Of a DNA stretch of 39,453 nt, positions 21,945 to 31,519 are shown piece by piece. The DNA comes from Catajapyx aquilonaris (lineage: Eukaryota). Numbering within the stretch: position 1 is the first letter of the stretch; each line of letters starts with the position of its first letter. The stretch covers positions 1-39,453 of the forward strand of contig KZ538937.1 of the NCBI GenBank assembly GCA_000934665.2. Reading direction: 5' to 3'. A program made the translations under genes and the position numbers. The notes below the pieces were generated by a model. The model was not told the DNA's origin, searched no databases, and worked only from the letters and a program-made list of their open reading frames with translations.

Positions 21945-23033
21945 TTATTAACACACAGTCATACACCATCCAACATCATTTTTGAACACTGATCCAACTT
22001 GACCAACTGACTTGTGCGCAGTGTTAAGGCCATGTCGCACAAAAAAAATCGCGCGGCAAACGGCGCGCGTTGCGGCATATTTGTCGCGGGGCATATTATT
22101 GCCAATAATAATTAATAATAATTGGCGGGGCACGCGTTTGCCGCTTGACGCTGCCGCAAAATCTTTTTGTGTTTTGGCCTTTAAAATGAATGTTAATTTC
22201 TTCAGTAGAAGAGTGTAAATATATTACCACATCCAGGAATTTAAAAGTCCATTTGGCCATTTACAAGAATGTTTATAGCATTCTCCCGTCAAGTTACACA
22301 GTATCATGACGGCACATATCTTCAGCTACTAATGTACAGTACACACACACCATGACAGTCTAAGCATTTTTTGAGCCATAGTACCAGATGTTGTAAAACT
22401 ATTTTAGCACTCACAGCACCAATAATTCGACTCATTCATCTCATAGGGAAACAAGTGAAAGTAACTCAATGTCACTGAAACCTCTGGACTGTACTGTTCA
22501 GGAGAATGATCCGAGATGTCTCACTTGAACTGATGGTGAAGGATTCACAACAATGCCTCACCACACATGGCAGTCCTTAGATAGTATGAATAAAAGTCTC
22601 AAACAGTTCCTTTGAGCATCTAGACCATGGTCCAGACTTTTCACCAAGTGGACTAAATGTGATTTGCCACCTCCAGAATTCTGGCAAGCAAATGTCTAAG
22701 GAGGGTCCAAGAGACAAAAGAATAGGCATGGCTGCAATGTTGGTTGGCATAGGCTTATGAAATATATTACCATGGTTGAAAAATGCTTCAATTGATAGTG
22801 AATGTGTGCAGTTGTAGAAAAGACTTTTGCCTTCATGAGTAGTAAGTTTTTGAAGGGAATTCTTTACTTTTACAACCGAATGATATTGACTTTCTTGGCA
22901 GGCTCATTGGGCTGTCTTAGGAAAAGTTAGTATGTAACAACCCATTGCTCCTATTGGTTTCCATTGTGTCCCAAGTAGACCTGCTCTTGAACGAACCTCA
23001 CAAGGGTGATAAATAAATGACGCTGTAGGTCTG
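21945..23033 (-). pseudogene. Decayed paralogue C of the same family (limits approximate)
   Basis: About 22525-22655 aligns by eye with copy A at about 28370-28960 once the SINE is removed (shared ggaactgtttgagac, aggactg..atgtgt, aggcatt, cagttca.gtg; ELFET/GLxCVxRH). Acceptor near 23033, minus-strand AATAAA at 21944-21949. A possible 5' exon starts MAH near 24379. Confidence 0.55.
22027..22180. mobile_element. PIF/Harbinger-type MITE
   Basis: AGGCCA...TGGCCT termini, TTA on both sides, CpG-rich interior. Confidence 0.7.
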
Positions 23034-25754
23034 CTGTAAATAATCGTGGAGAAAATGATGTCTCGAGAAAAAATATTTTTTCATAATGTTACATTTTGAA
23101 ATGTGTGTTAACGTCTTGTAGAACTACTGTACAATAACTTTTTTTGACAGACCATTATGCCTGTGCTGTTCCAAAAAAAATATTCTGGCTTATGTTAAGT
23201 TCACAAGCTTATAGGTAAAGGACACTTGAATATTTACTGTACTGGAATGACTTGAGGCTGGCAGGGAAACATGCTGCTCTTTCACGAGATGGAGAATAAA
23301 AGATTGGGAGAAGTAAATGGGATAAGTTAATTATTATGTGCATGTACTATGTTCAGAAGATTAATGGCTGGTTTTACCATGTGACTGAGTAGGGTGGTGT
23401 AACAAGCTTATTTGACACCTGACATGGTGGCATTTTTAGCCGCAGGTTAAATGATGGCCATTATGCCATATAAATTATCCAAGTTCTGAGAAAGTTTTAC
23501 CTTACCGCCCTGAAGCAGTGAAATCTTGGCTCACCTAAAAGTGCGAAGAAAATTCTTAAAGCAGTAGGTTGCAGACTGGTATCCCCAAGATAAACTATGT
23601 GCATCTCTGTTGCAGCCTATTAAAGGTTAGTCTTTGAAAACATCGAAGAACATAATTACCATGGGTATTTTAATGCTTTCTTAGGGAGAAAATTAATATC
23701 ACTTGAGGTGCCACAATGGATGGGAAACCACAATTGGGTGAAGAAATAAATAAAATTTTTCTTCAATTTTTGGAACATGTCACTAAACGAAAAAAACGGA
23801 TATATGGTATTCCCAAGCTATTCATGGCTAATTCTGCCACTAGCCTATTTTCAGTACAATCACATCATAATCAGATGAGGTAGGTTTGTACCTATCCCAT
23901 GGTACTTAGTTTTATTGTAATATTTTTTTAAAGATTTAAATGCATTACTTAAAATAGCAGGGCATGATTGCACATTTGTATAAGGATTCTGGGTTAGTAA
24001 ATTACTCCTGTCCATGGAATTTGAATAATACTCAGAACTCACTTTGGTTCAGTACCTTTCGTATTATGGTTACTGAAGAGTGAGCACTGTATGTTTTAAA
24101 TGCAGTATTCAAATGGCATTCTTCAAGTCCTAAGACTAACCATCCAAGAAACAAGGCCAGTTGTAGCAAATATTTGGTATAAGTGCAGACCTCTTACACA
24201 TACACACACTTATTAATCTATGTTTTTCCTATATCTCCAGTCTCACATTGAAAATACTCCTTGACTTTCCCAGGACCACTTCTTGGTTAGGCTTAGAACG
24301 TGATCCACATCTGCTGAACTTTGTGGTTGGAGAATGACAATACTGATGTGCTTGGAGTAGGCCCCATTTCGTGAGCCATTGCAGATAAATTCTATACACT
24401 GTAAGGATGTTTATTCCATGTTCTAGGTTAATTCATACATGGATGAAAATTCTATGATCAAAACCTATAGTACTGTCCATAAACAGTTTTACTTTTGGTA
24501 ATTTTTAAAATAGGCGTACCGTGGTATGTGAATTGGTACTGTCATGATGCTCAACAATGTGTCAATAACAGATAAAAAAAGAATGCAACATGTTTGACAT
24601 TCGACAAGCATTGCAGTTGTTGTTGAACATCATAACCTATAAAAGAGTATATTTTTGACATGACAGTGATTCCAGTGATTGTGCGTAACTGAAGGGATGG
24701 ATCAACTTGTTGTACCACATGGTATAGTCCTACATATCTAAGACATAGCCTTTTAAAATAGTATTTTTACATAATGGTATAAATGAGCTATGGCAATTTT
24801 TCTGAAAATATTAGAAATGGTTATTAAGGAGATCCAGACCCTTCAATTATTGCATACTTGTGCAACTGTGGTAGAAAATAAGCCAGGCTGAAATAATCTT
24901 CACAACGTGTAACATTGTAACTGCTTGCATTTACATGAGTGTTTTTGTTGACTTCAGTGAGAAGGCAACTATGTTTGCATGTTATATAATTGAATGCCGT
25001 ATCATTGCTTGAATTGTTAGACAATCATTTGGAGACAACGAATGCATTTGCCAGGTTTCTGTGCAATGCATTCGAGTAAGCTACATGTTTTGGAGTCTTG
25101 TCAGTACCTTCTGTCCTTTATAGAATGGTCTTGAATTTTAATTTCTCTATTCTTAGACTTCATATGACCAACAATGCCAGGATGTGGCCATCAGGTAATG
25201 TTTCCAATTGCAAAGAGAAATGCAATGTAACAAATGTGGAACATCCTACTCTCAACATTTACCAACTCTAAAACTGCCAGTGTTTTTGCATTTGTTATTT
25301 CCATCATTGCCATTAGGCCTACATGTTCTATTTTGTGAGGTGTATTAGTCTTCCTTACCTGTAAGATTTCTTGTTGTGACATCCAGCAAATATCCAGAAA
25401 TTGGGTTCACATTTTATTCGTGACATTTTAATCATTGGTATTTACGGCTATAATTGAGATCGGAACAAAATAAGCTAGGAGACTGCTCTCCTTGTGCTAC
25501 AATTATGTTGAGATAACTGAAGCACTTCACGTGGTGCAGTTGTATTTTAAAATGTGATCTAATTTCCTTGGCTGCAGGAATCGGTCAAGTATTACCCCTG
25601 TCAAATCAAGCTGCAAATAAAATGTCTCTGATATATTAGTATGTTTTTATTTATTTTTATTTCCAATTTGGTTACGCCCTTGTCCCTTCTATCACTCAAC
25701 CACAGCAGATGAGAGCAATATTTGTTGCAAAATGTATAAAATAAGTTGCCTCTT

Positions 25755-26040
25755 ACCAAAGCAGCTTGGGGTAGTGGATATGGGGTCCGCTTGCTAATCG
25801 GGAGGTCCTGGGTTCGAATCCCGGGGCCGGCGACCCTGACCGTGGTTTTCTGTGGTTTCCCACGGTCCCCCCAGGATAATTCCGGGGTCGTATCGTAAAA
25901 ATAGGCCACAGCCGCTTCCTTCCGCCCCTGTCCTTGGCCTCACCCATGTGTGAAGTGAGAGTCTTAAAAACCGAAGAAAACTGATGGTGGTATGCCACCC
26001 CCCTAAAAGGGCTCCGCCCTATCACAGGGTAAGAATTAAA

Positions 26041-26096
<56 letters not shown>

Positions 26097-26108
26097 AATA
26101 ATAATAAC
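25755..26108 (+). mobile_element. SINE family A, alternative 3' tail ending in (ATG)n
   Basis: Same head and core; TSD AAGTTGCCTCT at 25743-25753 and 26109-26119. Confidence 0.93.
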
Positions 26109-26258
26109 AAGTTGCCTCTCATTCAGAGATTTCTTATTGTTGTAATCTTGTGGCCAGTGGTGATACTCTTACAATCATCAAAAGGTATGCACAATAACTG
26201 AGTTATTTCCCAAGACCCAGTAGACCAAGATTGGCACCAACCATTCAATGATATATAC

Positions 26259-26511
26259 CAGTGGTTCCCAACCTTTTTCGGGTCGCGACCCCCTGTCATG
26301 ATAGTCAAGTAACCTGCGACCAAACCCCCCCCCCNCCCCCCGCCCCATCGAGTGTTAGTGGGTGTTGAAAAAAACCTTCATGGTGAAATTTCCTATACAA
26401 TTTATTTTACTTCATTTTAAATTTAATTTATTTTTTAAGTTATAAAAACAACCGCGGCCACGCGCAACTCCCCCAGAAAAGGCTTTGCGACCCACAGGTT
26501 GGGAAGCACTG
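26259..26511. mobile_element. hAT-type MITE
   Basis: CAGTG(G/C)TTCCCAACCT termini; imperfect TSD atatatac / atatacat. Confidence 0.82.
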
Positions 26512-26583
26512 ATATACATTAATTTTATTTTATAGGCCTACTGTTCAAAATAATGTGACTAGGCAAATAAAATGCCATCACTG

Positions 26584-26908
26584 ACCAAAGCAGTGGTAGC
26601 GGAGGGGATATGGTATCCGACTGCTAATCGGGAGGTCCTGGGTTCGAAACCCGGTGGCCGCCGACCCTGACCGTGGTTTTCTGTGGTTTACCATGGTCTC
26701 ACCAGGAAAATTCCGGGGTCGTGTCCGTAATTATAGGCCACAGCCGCTTCCTTCCGTCCCTATCCCATCCCCATATACGAGAAGTAAAAACGAAAGCAAG
26801 AGTTCCAGATTTTTTAAAAAAATATGGTGGTAAAAATATGGTGGCCCCTAAGAGGGCCCATGGCTCTAACACGGGGTACAAATTATTATTAATTATTATT
26901 ATTATAAG
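26584..26908 (+). mobile_element. SINE family A
   Basis: Same head and core, (TTA)n tail; TSD TGCCATCACTG at 26573-26583 and 26909-26919. Confidence 0.93.
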
Positions 26909-27410
26909 TGCCATCACTGCTGATTTACTGTTAAAATTGCATAAGTTAATAATTCAAAATTTCCAAACCACAGGATTCTCTTCTGTGCGCTGATCAGGTG
27001 AATGATCATTGTCCATATACGTGAGTGGCCTTTTAAATGAAATGGAACTATTTTTTCTGATCCAATTATGTGATGATTTCATGTGCAAATACTGTCAGCT
27101 GATTCCCTGTGAAGGGGAGGCTTGGTTGCATCACAGAAACTGCAGCAATTCTTGGCATCCCACACCAGACGTTGTTCCTCCCACTCCTTGTGCTTCCACC
27201 AATGCATGTCAAAAGGTCCTGTCCAAGGAGAAGTGACAGGTATAGTTGTAGACTTGATTCCACCAGTAAACTGTTTGGAAATGAATATAATGGAAAATAT
27301 TAACTCCACATGATAAATTCATTTTGTGCATAGGCCTATCAATCACTCCGTAACATTTGCACTAATAATAATCAATTATTTGTATGGCTTAATCAATGTT
27401 GTTATTGCTT

Positions 27411-28100
27411 TATTTATTTAGCCTTTGTCGGCCTGCAGCTGGCTGACTCTCCTCCTCCTTGACACATTTACATTTACACAATTCCATTTTCACTCCCCCC
27501 CTCCCCCTGTCTCTCCAAAATTGCATCCCTTCTCTTTTTCACCATCCCGTACAGAAACCTGCACAGACCACCCCTTTTTTTTACATTCTTTACAATCCCA
27601 TACACCTCTTCATCCTCCATCCCTTCCACTGCCAGTATTCATTTCCTCCTCTCCTCCCTCATTACCCTGCAGTCCCTCACAATGTGCCCCATATTCTCCT
27701 CCCCCTCCCCACACAATAAACAGTTCCTCTCCGTTTCTGACAGCCACGACCAGCTAGCCCTGCACAGTGTCTCACGTCTGAGTTTAGCCAACACCTTCAA
27801 AAATTTTACATTTCCTCTGTCCAGATATTGGTCTTCTTCTCTCTCTATCTTTACAAATCTGTAGTCGGGCCAGTTGGTCATGTTGGAAATTCTCTCCTCC
27901 CTCTCTTTGATCATCCTCTCCCTCAGTTCCTTCCCCCATGAGTCCCATCGTTCTTCCCAAGTTTGCCTTTGCCACTCCTCATTATGCTCCCCCCTCATTC
28001 ATGTTCCTTCTTCCTCACGTCTCCCCACCAGGCATTTTTACTACCTCCCTCCCTTTCCTTCTTCATCTCATCCCATATCCTTCGCAACAGCCATAAATTT
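27411..28100 (-). mobile_element. 5'-truncated non-LTR retrotransposon (LINE) 3' end
   Basis: ORF 27998-27639 contains the C-terminal CCHC finger CLLCGEGEENMGHIVRDC typical of LINE ORF2 ends; purine-rich strand; (TAAA)n tail near 27411-27421. Confidence 0.85.
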
Positions 28101-28405
28101 GTACAATCTGGCTGTTTGGGGTGCCATTTGAGAGGAACAGTTGTGGACTTCACTTCAAGCACTTGGTGGATAGGTAAAGGAGAAACTAGGCACCATGGAG
28201 TGTTGAAGCAAGCTTAGCAAGGCAAGTTGCTACAGCCTGCAACAAAGGTAATGTTGCCAAATTCTCATGTTTTCACCCCAAGAATATCCTGCTCAGAGTG
28301 ATGAGAGTTTTAGGAAGTCAGGCAAGAATGAGGGTGGTGGGCAAAAGGAAAGACCTGTCCATGACACCTGAACTGCTGGAGAAGTAGACATTATAATGCC
28401 TAAGT

Positions 28406-28815
28406 ACCGAAGCAGCAGTAGCTGAGGGGATTTGGTATCCGGCTGCAAATCGGGAGGTCCAGGGATCAAATCCCCAGGCCGGCAACTCTGACCGTGGTTT
28501 TCTGTGGTTTCCCACGGTCACCCCCAGGTGAATACCGGAGTTGTTTCCTAATCGTAGGCCACAGCCGCTTCCTGCCTTCCCTATCCCTGCCCCGTACTGG
28601 AGGAGGTGCGGCGTTTGTAGGAGGCCTCTTACCCGCACCTAGAGGGTCGTCTTTCAACCTAGCCCTCTGGGGGACTGCACACGGCCTCCGCCATGAGACA
28701 TTGCACTTGCACCACTGTCCCCCCCTCCATTCCAGCACCGGAGAGTTAGAAAATGGTAGAAAAGACCTCCCCCCTACATAAGCCAGAAGGCTTCAAGGGT
28801 GTAATAAAAAAATAA

Positions 28816-28845
<30 letters not shown>
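28406..28845 (+). mobile_element. SINE family A, long third-type tail ending in (AAAT)n, inserted in a pseudogene A exon
   Basis: TSD ATAATGCCTAAGTAC at 28393-28407 and 28846-28860 (last 2 nt overlap the SINE start). Confidence 0.93.
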
Positions 28846-28847
<2 letters not shown>

Positions 28848-29177
28848 AATGCCTAAGTACACATTTCAGTCCTTTCCCAGGCATTACTCAATGTCTCAAA
28901 CAGTTCCAGTGGAACACCTTTAAATATCCAGACCACAGTTCTAACCTTTCACTGAGTAACCTTTACTTTTTTCAATTCCTGCAGGAAGTTTTGATCAGGT
29001 GAGAACTTAAGGAGTAACTAACTTGTAAGGCTCATAATTATACAGAATAAATTTTCAAACAAGGAGTTGGGATTCGCTCCAAGTTGAAAATTGGTTCGTA
29101 AAATGTCAGTTCAACAGCATCAAATTGGATCATCAAATTGGATGTAAAGTGACCCATGGTCAAGAACATGGGTCAAG

Positions 29178-29187
29178 GATGATGATG

Positions 29188-29256
<69 letters not shown>

Positions 29257-29530
29257 TCATACCCCGTTATCAGCCGGCAGCTCTTTAGGGTGGAATTTTG
29301 TTTTGACTGGAACTCTTTCTTTGCATTTTTACTTCGCTTTTGGGGATATGATAGGGATGGAAGGAAGCGGCTGAGGCCTATTATTTTAGAAAACAACCCC
29401 GGCATTTACCTGGAGGGACCGTGGGAAACCACAGAAAACCACGGCTAGGGTTGCCGGCCCCGGGGATCGAACCCAGGACCTCCCGATAAGCAGTCGGATA
29501 CCATATCCCCTCCGCCACCACTGCTTCGGT
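29178..29530 (-). mobile_element. SINE family A
   Basis: Reverse complement of the same head and core; long (TTA)n(TCA)n tail; no clear TSD. Confidence 0.9.
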
Positions 29531-29916
29531 CCATAAATCACTAGTTTAACATGTTGCTTACATCTAGTGACTACACCAAGTAAGGTCAACCCGGCTCAAC
29601 CACAGCCTGTGCATATCTTATCAGCTGATTCTTCCATGTCATTGTCTTCAGACAAAATAGTTGTGTTGCAATGGGACAGGGCCATTGTCTTCTTTGGTGA
29701 CCCTATTATCTGAAAACAAAATGCAAAATTGGTGACTCAGTTTAAAGCAACAGGTGGGTACAGGAACAATTTTCCAATAGGTAGGGGGAAGTAGGCCTAC
29801 CTAACTGCTGGGAGCTTCATCACAATCGACTCCAACTCCTGGGTTGCTCAGAGTCTCAGACCATCACAATATGCATGGCCTACTGTGCTGGTCTCATGCA
29901 ACAGGCCTGGGTGCCC

Positions 29917-29980
29917 TCGCATAACAGAAATAGGGAGATAAGAAATAGCTATTTCTTATCTCCCTATTTCTGTTATGCGA
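29917..29980. repeat. Perfect 64-bp palindrome with no spacer
   Basis: TCGCATAACAGAAATAGGGAGATAAGAAATAG is followed directly by its exact reverse complement. Confidence 0.97.
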
Positions 29981-30982
29981 CGCTAAGCGACGCTGCGACG
30001 TTTTCGTTATGACCTGGGCAGGTCATAAAGAATAAGATGTTGCATCATAAAAAACACAATGCAAGCCTGGGTGCTTACGTACTTCACAATCAACTAATGG
30101 GCCTGGGTTGCTCGGACTATGGCTCGGTCCTATCATAACGACACCACAACCTGCACTCATGGTAATAAGACTGATGATGAGCCGGTACAGATTTGGCATG
30201 GGGTGGGCGTGCTCTACTAGCATTCTCCTGTCCCACACCTCTCCTGTTCTCACCCATGCTTTTAACCTGTTTAAAGTTAAAACAGGTTAAAACTTTTAAC
30301 TGAACCCAGTGCTCTATAGCTATACTGGCTCTACAGGACTACTCCACGCCACCTCCCCACTTGTAACGGCGGTTTCATAAAATATTTTCAATGGCATAAA
30401 AATTTCTGTGACGTAAATGTTTTTCCAAGTTACACAAATATAATTATGACCTAGCCAGGTATGTACAGTACTGTATACCGGCCCCGTTATAAAAACACCA
30501 CACAGAGCATAATATATTTAGTACCGTACCTCCAGGAGACGAATAAGAGATTTTTATCAATGCCGGACGAGAGCAACATTTTTCTCTACATTACCCTACA
30601 TTCTTTTGCCCGGGCCACAACTAAACAGATGGTTATAATAATGTTAGAATTTAAATAATGTGTCATGGGTTTTTGGAAGCAACCGTTTCTCATACCCCCG
30701 GTCGCTCTACAGCAGACTGTATTTTTCTCACATTTTTCTTTTCCATTTGTGGGGCCATTATGTTCAAACCTTAGGGAATATTGTAGAACATGAATTTGAT
30801 ACCATCAAAAATATACGAAACCGCGAATACGGGTGGGAAAGGAGTGGCGGCGTTGGTTGAGGAATAACTTCACTCTAGCAGTTATGACTATAGTCGTTAC
30901 TTTAAAATATGCGTTATTGAAATTCGCTCTTTGTGTTAAGAATGGCAGATTTCCGTTGACTGGGAGTCGGTAAACAAAACGA

Positions 30983-30990
30983 TGACGTCA
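30983..30990. promoter_or_regulatory. CRE/ATF-type palindrome TGACGTCA in the divergent promoter interval
   Basis: Exact motif about 150-400 nt upstream of the inferred exon 1; related TGACGTAA at 30409-30416. Function is inferred only. Confidence 0.3.
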
Positions 30991-31139
30991 GATCGTTCTT
31001 TCGTTTAACGGACTTTTTTTTGTATGCAATTAAATATTTATTTCAAATATTTCTCATTGTGGAGGATTCGTGGAGGAAATATAGCTGAGAACCTCTTTTG
31101 TATTTGTTATTTTATGATATGAGTTATTTATAACCGTTA

Positions 31140-31398
31140 CGTTACATCCGTTAATCCACTACCATGAGGCAGGCAGGCCAGGCAGGAAGGCAGGAAGCCG
31201 GAGCAAGCAGGAGCCTGCTTGGGTGTTGGGTCTGTTGGTCTGTAGACTGCGGCACCTGCGGCTGCAAGACTTGTGAGCGCTCGAATCCTGCCCCGTTCCA
31301 GACAACGTTGAGTGCAGGTCGTCTGTATTGTGATGGTCTCAGCAACCGCAGACTAGGAGTCGTATGTGAGGAAGCGTTCACCTGATATTGTTAATCTG
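31140..31398 (+). other. Probable non-coding first exon of the F-box/LRR gene (5' limit approximate)
   Basis: Donor gtaagt at 31399; 91-nt intron to the acceptor at 31489; homologous sequence and a 91-nt intron also occur in the inverted paralogue. Confidence 0.6.
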
Positions 31399-31519
31399 GT
31401 AAGTGGTTTAGTATGTCGGCAATGTGTTTTCATTTCTGGAACATTCCGACGCTTTCAACTGAGGGACCAATTTCGTGTTCTCTTTTAAGATAATTGGATC
31501 ACCAAAGAAGACTGTAGCC

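Larger units (their letters stand above)
24830..27310 (-). pseudogene. Decayed F-box/LRR paralogue B (limits approximate)
   Basis: ESADSICT* at about 27105-27079 matches copy A's ESADKICT. An acceptor near 25611 is followed by an F-box-like remnant LDRF..KLDHILKYNCT. Multiple stops; interrupted by two SINEs and a hAT MITE. Confidence 0.5.
28110..29880 (-). pseudogene. Decayed F-box/LRR paralogue A (inverted, head-to-head with the intact gene)
   Basis: The exon starting at 29709 matches 31490 onward at 41 of the first 51 nt and reads MALSHCNTTILSEDNDMEESADKICTGCG* (29685-29596). Intron 29710-29800 is 91 nt, as in the intact gene. Downstream remnants LERIPTPCLKIY (F-box-like) and LEL...ELFETLSNAW/GLKCVLRHYNVYFS carry stops, frameshifts and an exonic SINE. 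Confidence 0.78.

Noticed and set aside
29125..29448. Poly-Ile ORFs (and the poly-Leu ORF at 8853-9191)
   Set aside because: Translations of (ATA/TTA)n SINE tails.
21945..29709. Recoded (TGA read-through, selenoprotein or alternative genetic code) gene on the minus strand
   Set aside because: Several stops are TGA, but TAA/TAG stops, frameshifts and an exonic SINE also occur, and neighbouring genes use the standard code. Ordinary decay explains it.
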